This document shows positions 18,289-28,675 of a stretch of DNA of 64,000 nucleotides, one piece after another. The notes below the pieces were generated by a model. That model searched no databases, was not told the DNA's origin, and saw nothing but the letters and a program-made list of their open reading frames with translations. This DNA comes from a virus. The stretch spans positions 1 to 64,000 of the IMG/VR virus record IMGVR_UViG_3300049793_000099; one strand, written 5' to 3'. The translations under genes and the position numbers were made by a program. How positions within the stretch are numbered: position 1 is the first letter of the stretch; the number at the start of each line of letters is the position of its first letter.

Positions 18289-19266
18289 ATGAAACATAAA
18301 TTTAAAATTAATAGACATTGGGATTTAAATTACAAAGATTGTATTTTTATATCTATATCTCCAATGTTAGATTTAAATTATGAAAACCACAAAAGCTTAC
18401 ATAACTTTTCAATATCTATAGGTTGGTTATGGTTTAGTATTAATTTTGAATATACTTATTATAAAAACAATTAATTATGAATAAACCAGAATATATTTTT
18501 GCTATAGATCTTATAATTGAAGAATTTAAATTATCTAATCCTATATTAATTTCTGAAAAGATTCAAGAAGAATTACATATGGAAGTAAGTATATTTCAAA
18601 TAGTTGATTATTTAGAAATTAATAAAGAAAATTGGGAAATTGAATCACAAAAAATAGAATATTATGAAAACAATTATTAAATATGAAAAATAAATTATGT
18701 CCCAAATGTATAGGAGCCACAAATGTAATGGTTCCTAAAATTAGCGGTAAAAAAGGATTTGAATATCAAATTTGTACATTGTGTAATGGTACAGGTGTAA
18801 TATCTGAAGAAATTGAAGAAGATTATTTACTGTCTTTAAATGAAGATTTAATTGATGATTATGATTAAAAATAATATAGATACAATATTATTAATTTTTT
18901 TCTGTATATTTATGATTTTAATTAATTTAACTAAAAGAAAATAATATGAAAGAACAAATTGAAGAATTAGAAGAGTTAAAATTAAAAATAACTGCTAATT
19001 TAAGAGAATGGGTTAAAGATAAATCTATTTCTTTAGATGAAAGATGGAATCTGTTTTTTAAATCTGATTTAGGTGATCATAAAACCTATCATGAAAATTT
19101 TGTAAATTTTAAAAGTGATGAGTATTGTAATAATTTAAATAGATATAAAATTATTGATTTAAGTAATGCGATTAATTATAAAAATTTTTCAGATGAAATT
19201 CAATATGATGATTTTAGAGAAAATGTTTTAAATAAATTTATTAAATCTTTTAAATGGGATTGGTAA
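18289..19266 (+). CDS. Small ORFs (18289-18474, 18477-18680, 18683-18868 DnaJ-type Zn finger, 18946-19266)
   Basis: Packed ORFs; CPKCIG...CTLCNGTG in 18683-18868. Confidence 0.6.
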
Positions 19267-19279
19267 TAAATAATAAATT

Positions 19280-19870
19280 ATGAAAGAAGCTTTTATATTA
19301 GATATAAATTTTTTAAAAGAACAAAATCTTTCTATTATTGAGTTTATAACATTGTTAAAATTAAATGAAGTTGATATTGATTTAGTTTTAAATGATTCTA
19401 TATTAAAACGTTTACAAGAAAAACAATTTATTAAATTAATAGATCAAGATTTTATTATTCGTGAAAAAGGTAAATTATTATTAGATTTTTTATCAATAGA
19501 AAGTAACTATTCGAATTATAAAGATAAAAAAATTATTAAAAAATCTAATCGTGTTATAAATGAAGGTTTTGATGAATTTATAGAAGAATATAGAAAACTA
19601 TGGAAAGGTTTAAAACTCGGCAGTATGGGGTCTTCAAATGCTTGTAAAGAGAAAATGGAGAGATGGATGAAAGAAAATCCTAATTATTCTAAAGAAGATA
19701 TTCTCAAAGCTGCCAGAATTTATATAAAATCTGTAGATAATTATCAATTTCTTCAAGCAGCTCATTATTTTATTTATAAAAAAGAGGGTAAAGAAGAAGA
19801 TTCTAGATTATCTGCATTTATTGAAGAGAAGGAAATTGATAATACTGATTGGACTACAAAATTGTCATAA
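19280..19870 (+). CDS. Putative replication initiator / replisome-organiser-like protein
   Basis: N-terminal wHTH-like part, C-terminal helical domain (FIEEYRKLW...AARIYI...YFIYK), upstream of the helicase. Confidence 0.45.
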   Translation: MKEAFILDINFLKEQNLSIIEFITLLKLNEVDIDLVLNDSILKRLQEKQFIKLIDQDFIIREKGKLLLDFLSIESNYSNYKDKKIIKKSNRVINEGFDEFIEEYRKLWKGLKLGSMGSSNACKEKMERWMKENPNYSKEDILKAARIYIKSVDNYQFLQAAHYFIYKKEGKEEDSRLSAFIEEKEIDNTDWTTKLS

Positions 19871-19873
19871 ATT

Positions 19874-20177
19874 ATGAAAATTACATATGAACAAATATTA
19901 AAAATTATAGGAGATAATTGTGAAGAAATACCTTATGAAGGTACAGAAGTTGATAAAGATTCAATGGCTGCGGAATTATTTAACTTAATAAATAATCAAA
20001 ATGATTAGTTTTGAAGAATTTGAAAAAACTTGTTATCATACACAATATAGTATTGTATTACCTTTAGTTGATAGAATGAGAATTAATAAATTGGAACTTA
20101 TGACTAAAGGTAAATTAGATAACAATAAATTAAAAAGTAAATTAATGGAAATTTATGAAGAAAAATTTAAAAAATAG
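19874..20177 (+). CDS. Two small ORFs not in the track (19874-20008, 20001-20177)
   Basis: Open frames of 44 and 58 aa that fill the gap. Confidence 0.55.
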
Positions 20178-20183
20178 TAAAAA

Positions 20184-20609
20184 ATGATACATGTTAAAAT
20201 AGAAGACGTTTCTAAAACTAAAACACGTAAGAACTTTATTAAAAAGTTTTTAATAGGTAAAAGAATTCCTTCTTATGAAGATCCAGAATTTACTAAAGTT
20301 CAATGTAATGGTAAAGGTGAAAATATTGATGGAGCTAGTCGTAGTATTACAGAATTATGGGAATTAACTAAATCTAGATTTCCTGCTACATCAATGAAAG
20401 CAATGATTCAAATCTTATTTGAATTAATTGAAGAAGATAAATCAGTGATATTAGTATGGTGTGATAAAATTCAAAAAGTAGTTGTAAAATATGTCCCAAA
20501 TACTTCTGCAGAATGGATTTCTAGTTATAGTATGAAAAATCATTATACTAAGAAAGGTGTAGATGGTTATAGTTTAGCTGATTATAATGAAATTAAAGAT
20601 AATTTATAA
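20184..20609 (+). CDS. Hypothetical protein, paralog of 21370-21834
   Basis: Y..xFTK.QC...RS...L...K..F...V.CD. Confidence 0.7.
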   Translation: MIHVKIEDVSKTKTRKNFIKKFLIGKRIPSYEDPEFTKVQCNGKGENIDGASRSITELWELTKSRFPATSMKAMIQILFELIEEDKSVILVWCDKIQKVVVKYVPNTSAEWISSYSMKNHYTKKGVDGYSLADYNEIKDNL

Positions 20610-21370
20610 TGTTTGACGATACTATTTATATTCCTGGAAATGAATATTATAATAAATATTGGAGCGATTATATAGATGGTGAAAATAAAATAGAAAATTT
20701 AAAAAACGAAATAAAAATGAAAGAATTGATTTGTATAAATCCAAAGAATTATAAACTTACATTAAATAATAAATATCTTGTTGTTATTGATGAAGGTGAT
20801 ACAATTAAAATTATTAACGATAGTAATAAAACTGTTAGATATTATAAAGACTTATTTCAAGAAGTTGAAGAAGAAGTAATTCATGAACCAGAACCAGTTA
20901 TTGTTAGAACAGAACAAGATTTAATTGATAGTATTGCTAGTGAGGGTTCATCTACAATATATATTGATTTTGATAATAAATTAGTTAAAATTACTAATAA
21001 CTTATCTATTATAAATAATAATACAGATTTTAGTTGTGGTATTAATAATATAACTAATATTGGTAGTCAAATAGAAGAAATTTATGAATCTATTGAAGAA
21101 ACTGCATCTCAAAATGAAGAAGATTTACCATTATTAACAAAGGCTGTAATTAAACATCACTTTAAGAATTATATTAAATATAAATCAAATAATGGTATGA
21201 ATGCAGGAATTTATTTAATGTCTTGTAATATTGATGGAGACGGTTTAGATGAAGAAATTGTTGATATTTTAAATGAAATTTCAGATTTTAATACAGAACC
21301 TGAAATTAATCCTAATAGTAATAATGAAATTAAATTATGGGGATTTTATAAATCTAATTTGAATAATTAA
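20609..21370 (+). CDS. Acidic hypothetical protein
   Basis: FSCGI and INPNSNN.IKLW motifs. Confidence 0.7.
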   Translation: MFDDTIYIPGNEYYNKYWSDYIDGENKIENLKNEIKMKELICINPKNYKLTLNNKYLVVIDEGDTIKIINDSNKTVRYYKDLFQEVEEEVIHEPEPVIVRTEQDLIDSIASEGSSTIYIDFDNKLVKITNNLSIINNNTDFSCGINNITNIGSQIEEIYESIEETASQNEEDLPLLTKAVIKHHFKNYIKYKSNNGMNAGIYLMSCNIDGDGLDEEIVDILNEISDFNTEPEINPNSNNEIKLWGFYKSNLNN

Positions 21371-21834
21371 TGAAATTATATGTAAAAGATATTGTTCGAA
21401 AACCTAATGATACCTTATATACTTTTTTATATAAAGTATTAAGATTAGATTGTAACTTTTATAAACAATGCACTGTTGATGCGACATATTTAAATCTTGA
21501 TTTTACAAAATTACAATGTATTGCTGGAAAAAATAGAAGTTTCGATGATTTAGTATTTATAAGTAAAACTTATTTTAAAGTATCTGATAAATCTGTTGCT
21601 AAAGTTATTAAAAAACTTTTAGATGAAAATAATGGGTGGTTGTTTGTATTTTGTGATAGTGCTAAAAAATGGATTTTAAATCGAGGTTTAAATAGGAGTC
21701 TTAGGTTTAAATATTGTGCTATATATGATAAATCAGATTATAAAACAGAGAAATATGGAGAAGGTGAATATTCATTTGATAATATTATAAACTTAATGGG
21801 ATTAACAAAAGAAGATATTAAATTAAATTATTAA
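21370..21834 (+). CDS. Hypothetical protein, paralog of 20184-20609
   Basis: TYLNLDFTKLQC..GKNRSFDDL...FCD. Confidence 0.7.
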   Translation: MKLYVKDIVRKPNDTLYTFLYKVLRLDCNFYKQCTVDATYLNLDFTKLQCIAGKNRSFDDLVFISKTYFKVSDKSVAKVIKKLLDENNGWLFVFCDSAKKWILNRGLNRSLRFKYCAIYDKSDYKTEKYGEGEYSFDNIINLMGLTKEDIKLNY

Positions 21835-21910
21835 AAATCTTAAAAAATTATTAAAAATTACAAAAATATTAAAAACTTAAAGATTATTAGTAAACAATAC
21901 TGATAAATTA

Positions 21911-24090
21911 ATGAGTGAAAATAAAATAAGTCTTTTTGAAAGAGCTTATAAAAATATTGTAGAAAAGAGAAAAAGAGTATTATTAGGAAAAATAAATTGT
22001 ATTCCTTTAGGATTTCCTAGATTTGAAAATGAATTACCTGGTATTGAACAAGGTAAAAATTATTTGATAACTGCTAACAGTAAGGTAACTCTTTAAAATA
22101 ATTAAAAAAATAATATAAAATAAGCGTTAAATAGTTGGGATTTTAAATAAAAAAATAGTTTATCTTTGTGGTAAATTAAAAAATTATTTATATGCAAATT
22201 ATTAAACCAAAAGAAAATTCAGGAATTTATTGTATTATTAATACTTTCAATAACAAACGTTATGTCGGAAGTTCAATTAATTTATATATGAGATTACAAG
22301 TACATAGAAGTATGTTAAGAAAAAATTATCATCAAAATAGAAAACTTCAAAATTCTTGGAATAAATATTCTGAAGAAAGATTTGATTGTTATATATTAGA
22401 ATATTGTTCTGAAGAATTATTGATAACTCGAGAACAATATTATATTGATAATTTAAAACCTGAATATAATTTAGTTTTACAAGTAGAACGAAATATATTA
22501 AGTAAAGAATCTAGATTATTGCAATCAGAAACTCGTAAAAGAAGAATTAAATCAGGAGAAATAAAACTTTCTTGTGAAAAAATAATTTATCAATATGATT
22601 TAGAAGGTACTTTTTTAGAAAAATACGATAGTATTACAAAAGCATGTATTATAAATAATATTCATCAATCTACAATTTGTAGATTTTTAAATAATACTTA
22701 TAGAAAAGGAGGAAATTATTTATGGTCGTTAGAATATAAAGAAAAATTAGACCCTTATATTAGACTTAGACATGATACAGGTAAATTACACAAACCTGTT
22801 CAAATTTTAGAAGACGGAATCATTGTTTTAGAATTTGGATCTTTTAAAGAATGTGCTAAATATTTTAATACTTATTCAACATGTATTTCTTATGCGATTA
22901 AAATTAACGCTGTTTTTAGAAAAAAATATAAAATTATTTTAAAACCTGCCTAGGACAATGGTAACATTGTACCATGCACATCTGAATATCGGTGAAGCCT
23001 TATCGTAAAGACGATGGTAATACCGAGGCATAGGGAGTAAAGTTCCAGCCGTAGAGACTAGATGCAGATGCTCCTATAGAAATATAGGATGAAGATATAG
23101 TCCAGACCACAAAACATTAAATTGGTAATGAAAATTATAGTGGTATGAGGAAAAAGTCAAATTACAGATTGGATATTTCTTTATAATACAATACAACAAG
23201 TTATTGATAAAGGTTTAGATATTAGATTAAAAATCTTCTATTTTACTTTAGAAATGACCGCTGAACAGAAGATGTTATCCGCATTTTCAAATATTCTTTA
23301 TGTTAAAGAAGGTATTCGCATATCTCCTAAAGATTTAAGATCTACTAAAGCAGACAATGTATTATCTCAAGAAATATTAAATATTATAAGTAAATACGAA
23401 CCTTATTTTAAAAAAATAGAAGAAGTTGTTGAATTTATTGATGATATTCGCACAGGATATGGAATTTATATAACAATAAGAGATTATGCTTTAGCTAATG
23501 GTACAATCCATAAACGAAAAATTGAAACTAAACCAGGAGTGTTTATTGAAGTTGAAGACTATTATGAAGCAAATGATCCTGAAGAATATGTAATGATAAT
23601 TATCGATCACTGTTCTTTAATAAGTCCTGCTAAAAATTATGAAACAGGTTTACCTATGACTTTACATGAATCAATAGGAAAACTTAGTTCCGATCATCTT
23701 ATTAAACTTAGAAATAGATTTAAATATATTTGTGTAGTAGTTCAACAACAAATGGCAGGACAAGAAAGTGTTGAAAATAAAAAGTATAATAAACTTAAAC
23801 CTTCTTTAGATGGTCTAGCAGATAATAAAACTACACAAAGGGATTTTGACTATATACTTGGACTTTTTAGTCCTTTTAGGCATGAAATTCCTGAATATAT
23901 GGGTTATGATATTCATAAGTTTAAAGATCAAATTAGATTTCTTGAAATATTAGGAGGTCGTGAAGGCGGTGGCGGAACAATTTGTCCATTATATTTTGAT
24001 GGAGCAGTAAATTATTTCAAAGAATTACCTTTACCAAACGATCCAGAATTAAATAAAGTTTATGAGTTTATGAAAAATATTAAAAAATAG
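21911..24090 (+). CDS. dnaB: DnaB-like replicative helicase, spliced (exons 21911-22086 and 23148-24090; 372 aa)
   Basis: Joining GT|A restores Walker A TANSKVGKSQ; FTLEM, IIIDH, VVQQQ, QRDFD motifs. Confidence 0.9.
22161..22168 (+). promoter_or_regulatory. Intron-internal -7 element (TATCTTTG) for the HEG
   Basis: Consensus match, with TTG at 22135. Confidence 0.7.
22192..22953 (+). CDS. Intron-encoded GIY-YIG homing endonuclease with NUMOD1 repeats
   Basis: SGIYCI...YVGSS..L..R, REQYYID...YN, IYQYDLEG. Confidence 0.92.
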   Translation: MQIIKPKENSGIYCIINTFNNKRYVGSSINLYMRLQVHRSMLRKNYHQNRKLQNSWNKYSEERFDCYILEYCSEELLITREQYYIDNLKPEYNLVLQVERNILSKESRLLQSETRKRRIKSGEIKLSCEKIIYQYDLEGTFLEKYDSITKACIINNIHQSTICRFLNNTYRKGGNYLWSLEYKEKLDPYIRLRHDTGKLHKPVQILEDGIIVLEFGSFKECAKYFNTYSTCISYAIKINAVFRKKYKIILKPA

Positions 24091-24096
24091 TGAAAA

Positions 24097-24654
24097 ATGA
24101 AAAAAAATTATAGTTGGGGAAGCTCTAGTCCTGTAACATGGAGTTATACAATAAATAATGTAGAAAAGTTATTTAAAAAAGAAAACTGTTATAGTTCTAT
24201 GATTAGTAAAGCAGATTTTATAACTTTATATAATTTAGATTGTGAAAAAACAATAAAATACAAAATGTTTTATTTACAATATGTTTCAAATATGTATGAC
24301 TTGAATGCTAAAATAACAGAAGAATATTTTAAATTTAAATGTCAAGATTGTAGATATAAAAATATGTTAATTTGCGCAACTATTAGATTGTTATGGGAAA
24401 ATATAAATACTATTACTCCAGCTATCCCAATGCATGATGTATTTTTTGAAAAAAAATTACAAAACAATAAGTCTAAATATGAAAATAAGTTAGAACGTTT
24501 TTATGATTTTTATTCTCAAATTAATATAGGTAGTTATTTTAGTGATGGTCATTCTTGGAGACCTTCTAAAACATTAATTAAACCTACTTTAGATTTTAAA
24601 AAAAAAATTATAATAGATCGTCAGTTAATGAATTTTTTTTATAATAAATCTTAA
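24097..24654 (+). CDS. Hypothetical protein (C...IR...H family)
   Basis: ENCYS, TIRLLWE, DGHSW. Confidence 0.65.
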   Translation: MKKNYSWGSSSPVTWSYTINNVEKLFKKENCYSSMISKADFITLYNLDCEKTIKYKMFYLQYVSNMYDLNAKITEEYFKFKCQDCRYKNMLICATIRLLWENINTITPAIPMHDVFFEKKLQNNKSKYENKLERFYDFYSQINIGSYFSDGHSWRPSKTLIKPTLDFKKKIIIDRQLMNFFYNKS

Positions 24655-24657
24655 ATT

Positions 24658-25206
24658 ATGAGAAACTATAACTGCTATATTTATCATTTAAAAAATAACA
24701 AATTAATTGAAAATTCAAACACTGCATGTTGGGCAGGATTAAACAAAAGTCAATATTTAGGTAAAGATATTTATATTGATAAATATATTGAATCTGAAAT
24801 TACAGATAAACAACGTAAAAGAATTGTATATTTAATAAATAAAATTACGCTTTGTAAATTTACAATTATCAAAGATAAAACTTATATTCAAACTAAGTTA
24901 TTAAAAAATCATTATTCAAATTTATTATTACTTAATTTTATTAGAATATTATGGTATAAAAATGGAGCTTTTAATAATGAACAATTTTTTATAGATATTT
25001 GTAAACCTAAATCAAGAAATTTAGATTATCTGGAATTTATAATGATTTGTATTAAAAATAATGTTATTTATAATAATTCCTGGCATTACGGTAATCATAG
25101 TTTTGTATATGATAATATAATTCCAAAAACTAAAGAAATGTTGTTAAAATATACTGGAGACAGTATGCGAACATTTTTACAATGTAAAATAAACGATATA
25201 AATTAA
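24658..25206 (+). CDS. Hypothetical protein (C...IR...H family)
   Basis: TACWA, FIRILWY, GNHSF. Confidence 0.65.
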   Translation: MRNYNCYIYHLKNNKLIENSNTACWAGLNKSQYLGKDIYIDKYIESEITDKQRKRIVYLINKITLCKFTIIKDKTYIQTKLLKNHYSNLLLLNFIRILWYKNGAFNNEQFFIDICKPKSRNLDYLEFIMICIKNNVIYNNSWHYGNHSFVYDNIIPKTKEMLLKYTGDSMRTFLQCKINDIN

Positions 25207-25268
25207 AAATATCTAAAAAAATATCTAAAAAATAATAAAAAATATCTAAAAAACGATTTATATCTTTG
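25205..25268 (+). promoter_or_regulatory. Phased A-tracts plus TATCTTTG -7 element
   Basis: A-tracts start at 25205, 25215, 25227, 25237, 25248; promoter element at 25261. Confidence 0.65.
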
Positions 25269-25304
25269 TTAATAATTAACAAATAAATAAATTAAAAAAA
25301 ATTA

Positions 25305-26072
25305 ATGATAGATTTACCAACAAAACCTATTAAACCAGAACAAATAAATCCAAAAAGATTAATATTATTTGGAAATCCAAAATGTGGAAAAAGTGAAAGT
25401 CTTAGTCGACTTGAAAATAATTTAATATTAGATTTAGAAAGTGGTTCTGGTTTTATAACAGGTTTAAAAATAGATGTTTTAAAAATAGCATCTGATAATG
25501 AAATTACCCCTATTAATGCTTTAAAAACAGTAATAAATAAAATTAAAGAAGGTAATCAACAAAATAAAGGATTTTTATATAAATACATAACAGTGGATAC
25601 TGTGTCAATGTTAGAAGAAAAATATGCTTTAGAATTAGCTTTAAAATTGTATTTAAATACTACTGTAGGTAGAAATTTTCAAGGTACAGATGTGAGAACA
25701 TTACCTAATGGAGCGGGGTGGCAATATTTAAAAGATGCTGTACAAATTGTTTTAGATGAATTAGAAACTCTTTGTGAAACTTTAATTGTTTCGGGGCATA
25801 CGAAAGAAAAATTATACGAAAAAGATGGAAAAGAAGGTTCTGCAAGATGTTTGGATTTAGCAGGAAAATTACCTGCGATTTTATGCGCAAAAGCAGATGC
25901 AATTGCATTTATCTATCGTAAAGGAAATCAAACAATTGCAAACTTTAAATCATCAGAAGATCTTATAGTAGGTGCCAGACCAGAACATCTTAAAAATCAA
26001 GAAATTGTTTTATTAGAATCTGATGAAAATGGTAAATTTACATCACATTGGGATAAGATTTTTATTGAATAA
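25305..26072 (+). CDS. Sak4-like AAA ATPase (ssDNA annealing)
   Basis: GNPKCGKS, LDLESG, TVDT, GAGW, SGH, ADAIAF. Confidence 0.8.
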   Translation: MIDLPTKPIKPEQINPKRLILFGNPKCGKSESLSRLENNLILDLESGSGFITGLKIDVLKIASDNEITPINALKTVINKIKEGNQQNKGFLYKYITVDTVSMLEEKYALELALKLYLNTTVGRNFQGTDVRTLPNGAGWQYLKDAVQIVLDELETLCETLIVSGHTKEKLYEKDGKEGSARCLDLAGKLPAILCAKADAIAFIYRKGNQTIANFKSSEDLIVGARPEHLKNQEIVLLESDENGKFTSHWDKIFIE

Positions 26073-26168
26073 TAAAACTTTATTAAAAATTATAGAGTTT
26101 TATAAGTTTCTCTAATAAAAAACTTATAGCATATAAGCCAATAAATTAATAAATAAAAGAAAAAAAAG

Positions 26169-26723
26169 ATGTTCGATTTAAACGAGAAAGTAGCAGGGTC
26201 AAGTGTATTCAATAATGGAGTAGCAGGAAAAGCGATAGGAGTTAATGTAACTGTTGAGAAAAGAAAAGTGGATGAACCTGATAGTTATCCAGATTATAAA
26301 TTAGTAGTATCTGATGAATCAGGTGGTATGGCGATTAATCAAGGGTTTTATATTAATTCAGAAGATGATGAAAAACGTCAACAAATGACATATCAACGTG
26401 TTAAATCTATTGCAGATGCAGTAGTTCCTGAAGATTTTGTATATCCTGAAGTAAACGGATATATTGATGCCTTAAATACATTATTCAAAGTTATTAAAGA
26501 AAATGCAGATGGTAAAAAAGTAGATGTATTTGTATCTTATGGGTATGCTGCAAAACCATCTAAATACTTAGGTTTGAGAATGTTTAATTTCATTCAAAAA
26601 CAAAATACTAGTTTTGATAGATTGAAACCAAGTAATACAGATATTTTAGAACGTCCTGAAGCAGATATTCCAAAAGCAGATGGTCAAGGTACAGAAGTTA
26701 AAAAATCTGCTGATATTTGGTAA
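26169..26723 (+). CDS. Putative ssDNA-binding protein
   Basis: Between Sak4 and primase; flexible tail ending ADIW. Confidence 0.55.
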   Translation: MFDLNEKVAGSSVFNNGVAGKAIGVNVTVEKRKVDEPDSYPDYKLVVSDESGGMAINQGFYINSEDDEKRQQMTYQRVKSIADAVVPEDFVYPEVNGYIDALNTLFKVIKENADGKKVDVFVSYGYAAKPSKYLGLRMFNFIQKQNTSFDRLKPSNTDILERPEADIPKADGQGTEVKKSADIW

Positions 26724-26750
26724 TAATAAATTAGAGATTCAATCTCTGGT

Positions 26751-26922
26751 GGTTGAGTGACTGAAAGGGTAAGGTTAATCAGTAGAAGGAGAGCTTACAC
26801 GACAAGTGTTGTGGGAACTACTTAGGACAGTGTTGTAAGAATAGCCAATAAATAGGTATTAAAACGAGGCGTACATGTCACGCCTATCCTCTACAGTACA
26901 GGTTCGAATCCTGTCTCAACCT
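26751..26922 (+). ncRNA. tRNA body (Cys-like) with a ~120-nt domain replacing the anticodon arm
   Basis: Perfect GGTTGAG/CTCAACC acceptor, U73, ACAGG-TTCGAAT-CCTGT T-arm, TGACTGAAAGGGTAAGGT D-arm. Confidence 0.75.
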
Positions 26923-26953
26923 CAATATTAACTAAAATTAAAAAATTATAAAA

Positions 26954-27316
26954 ATGATAGATTTACAACAATTAGGTTTAGAAATAATTAAAAATAATAT
27001 ATCTCAAAAATGTAGAATTTCATTTAAAGATACTTGGTTTACATTTTATACAGATTGTTCAGGACAAAGAGGTCATTATGTAATGACTTATAAACCTTAC
27101 GATCATAAAATTATAGAAAATCATTATATTATAAAAAGACATTTATCCTTTACAAATGAAATAGATATTGGTAAAGACAAAGCTATATTAGGAATACTTA
27201 ATTTAGAAAAATGTAAAATTATTAATATACAGAAAGATAAAATAGAATTTGAAAATTTTATCTTTCATTTATATGATAATAATAGTACGCAAGAAATTAA
27301 TTTTGAATATATTTAA
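26954..27316 (+). CDS. Hypothetical protein
   Basis: ORF track. Confidence 0.55.
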   Translation: MIDLQQLGLEIIKNNISQKCRISFKDTWFTFYTDCSGQRGHYVMTYKPYDHKIIENHYIIKRHLSFTNEIDIGKDKAILGILNLEKCKIINIQKDKIEFENFIFHLYDNNSTQEINFEYI

Positions 27317-27328
27317 AAGTAAAAATAA

Positions 27329-28354
27329 ATGTTTAATCTAAATAAAGAAAAACAATTAATATCTAAATCTGAAATTTTAAAATATTTTAATGAATTAGAA
27401 ATATTTCAACATTATATAGACGATGAAGTAATGTTAAGTAAATTAATATTATCGCCTTTAAGAAAGGAAAATAAAGCTTCCTTTGGATTCTTTGTTGGAG
27501 AAGGTAATGAAATATGTTTTAATGATTTTAAGCTTGGAAAAGGTGATTTTATACAGTTTTTAAGATTAAGAGATGGTTTAACATATTTTGAAGCTTTAAG
27601 TAAAATTGCAAATGATTTTAATCTTCAAGATGATTATATTTGTAAAATATATCCTAAAAGTAGTGATAATACATCTAAAGTTAGAATTATTAAAGATGAT
27701 ATGTTATCTAAATATACAGGTTATTATTTAGGTAAAAAAGCTAGAGAATGGCAATCACACGATGTATTATTTTGGAGACAATTTGGCATTGGTAAAAAAA
27801 CATTAGAATTCTTTAATGTGCAACCAATAAGTTTTATATTTATTGGAAATAATTGTTTTCCTGCTGATAAATATGCATATTGTTTTATAGAAATGAAAGA
27901 TGGTTATGAAACATATAAGATTTATCAACCTTTTAGTGAAAATTATAAATGGATTAATAATCATAATAATTCTGTATGGCAAGGTTGGACACAATTACCT
28001 GAATCTGGAGATGATTTAATTATAACTAAATCACTAAAAGATGTAATGTGTTTGTATGAAGTTTTAAAATTACCATCAATTGCAATGCAATCTGAAAATG
28101 TATTACCAAAAAGACATATATTTCAACAATTGGAATCTAGATTTAAAAATATTGAATTATTATATGATAATGATTTTGATAAAAATCCTAATTGGGGAAG
28201 AATCTTTGCAGATAAATTTGCTAAAGAATATGGATTGATAGATAGTTTTATTCCAAATAAATATCAATCTAAAGATCCTTCAGATTTAGTGAAAAATTAT
28301 GGTAAAGAAAGAGCAGAGCATATATTATTATATGAAACATTGTTACCTTTTTAA
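27329..28354 (+). CDS. dnaG: DNA primase (crAss-type DnaG/Toprim)
   Basis: SPLR.E..ASF, KIYQPF, ITKSLKDVM, YDND, KDPSD. Confidence 0.9.
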   Translation: MFNLNKEKQLISKSEILKYFNELEIFQHYIDDEVMLSKLILSPLRKENKASFGFFVGEGNEICFNDFKLGKGDFIQFLRLRDGLTYFEALSKIANDFNLQDDYICKIYPKSSDNTSKVRIIKDDMLSKYTGYYLGKKAREWQSHDVLFWRQFGIGKKTLEFFNVQPISFIFIGNNCFPADKYAYCFIEMKDGYETYKIYQPFSENYKWINNHNNSVWQGWTQLPESGDDLIITKSLKDVMCLYEVLKLPSIAMQSENVLPKRHIFQQLESRFKNIELLYDNDFDKNPNWGRIFADKFAKEYGLIDSFIPNKYQSKDPSDLVKNYGKERAEHILLYETLLPF

Positions 28355-28369
28355 AAATATAAAAAAATT

Positions 28370-28675
28370 ATGAAAAATATAGAATTAACAAAAGATCACA
28401 AATGTAAATTATTAGAAATGTGTAAAGTATTGTTTCCTGAAATTGATTGGAAATGGTGGACTATTGAAGGACCAAATGGAGAAGTTGAAGAGTTAGAATT
28501 ATTAGAATGTTCTACAATAGAACAATTTTTAACAATTCATTGGTTTGAATTTTGTATGACACATTTAGCTAAAAAATTATTAAATCCGAATGATTTAATA
28601 TATTATCAAACAACAGGATATTTTTTATATGAACACCCAATAGATTATTTTTATGTAAAATTTAAACAAAAATGA
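28370..28675 (+). CDS. Hypothetical protein
   Basis: KLLEMCKVLFPE...IHWFEFCMTHL. Confidence 0.65.
   Translation: MKNIELTKDHKCKLLEMCKVLFPEIDWKWWTIEGPNGEVEELELLECSTIEQFLTIHWFEFCMTHLAKKLLNPNDLIYYQTTGYFLYEHPIDYFYVKFKQK

Larger units (their letters stand above)
22087..23147 (+). mobile_element. Group I intron (IA-like) carrying a homing endonuclease
   Basis: Exon 1 ends in U and the intron ends in G; core elements GAGACTAG / GATATAGTCC (P7); IGS GCCT at the end of the HEG pairs with exon AGGT. Confidence 0.92.

Noticed and set aside
26776-26897. Group I or BHB intron in a tRNA
   Set aside because: Too short for group I, no P7 core, and no excision restores an anticodon arm
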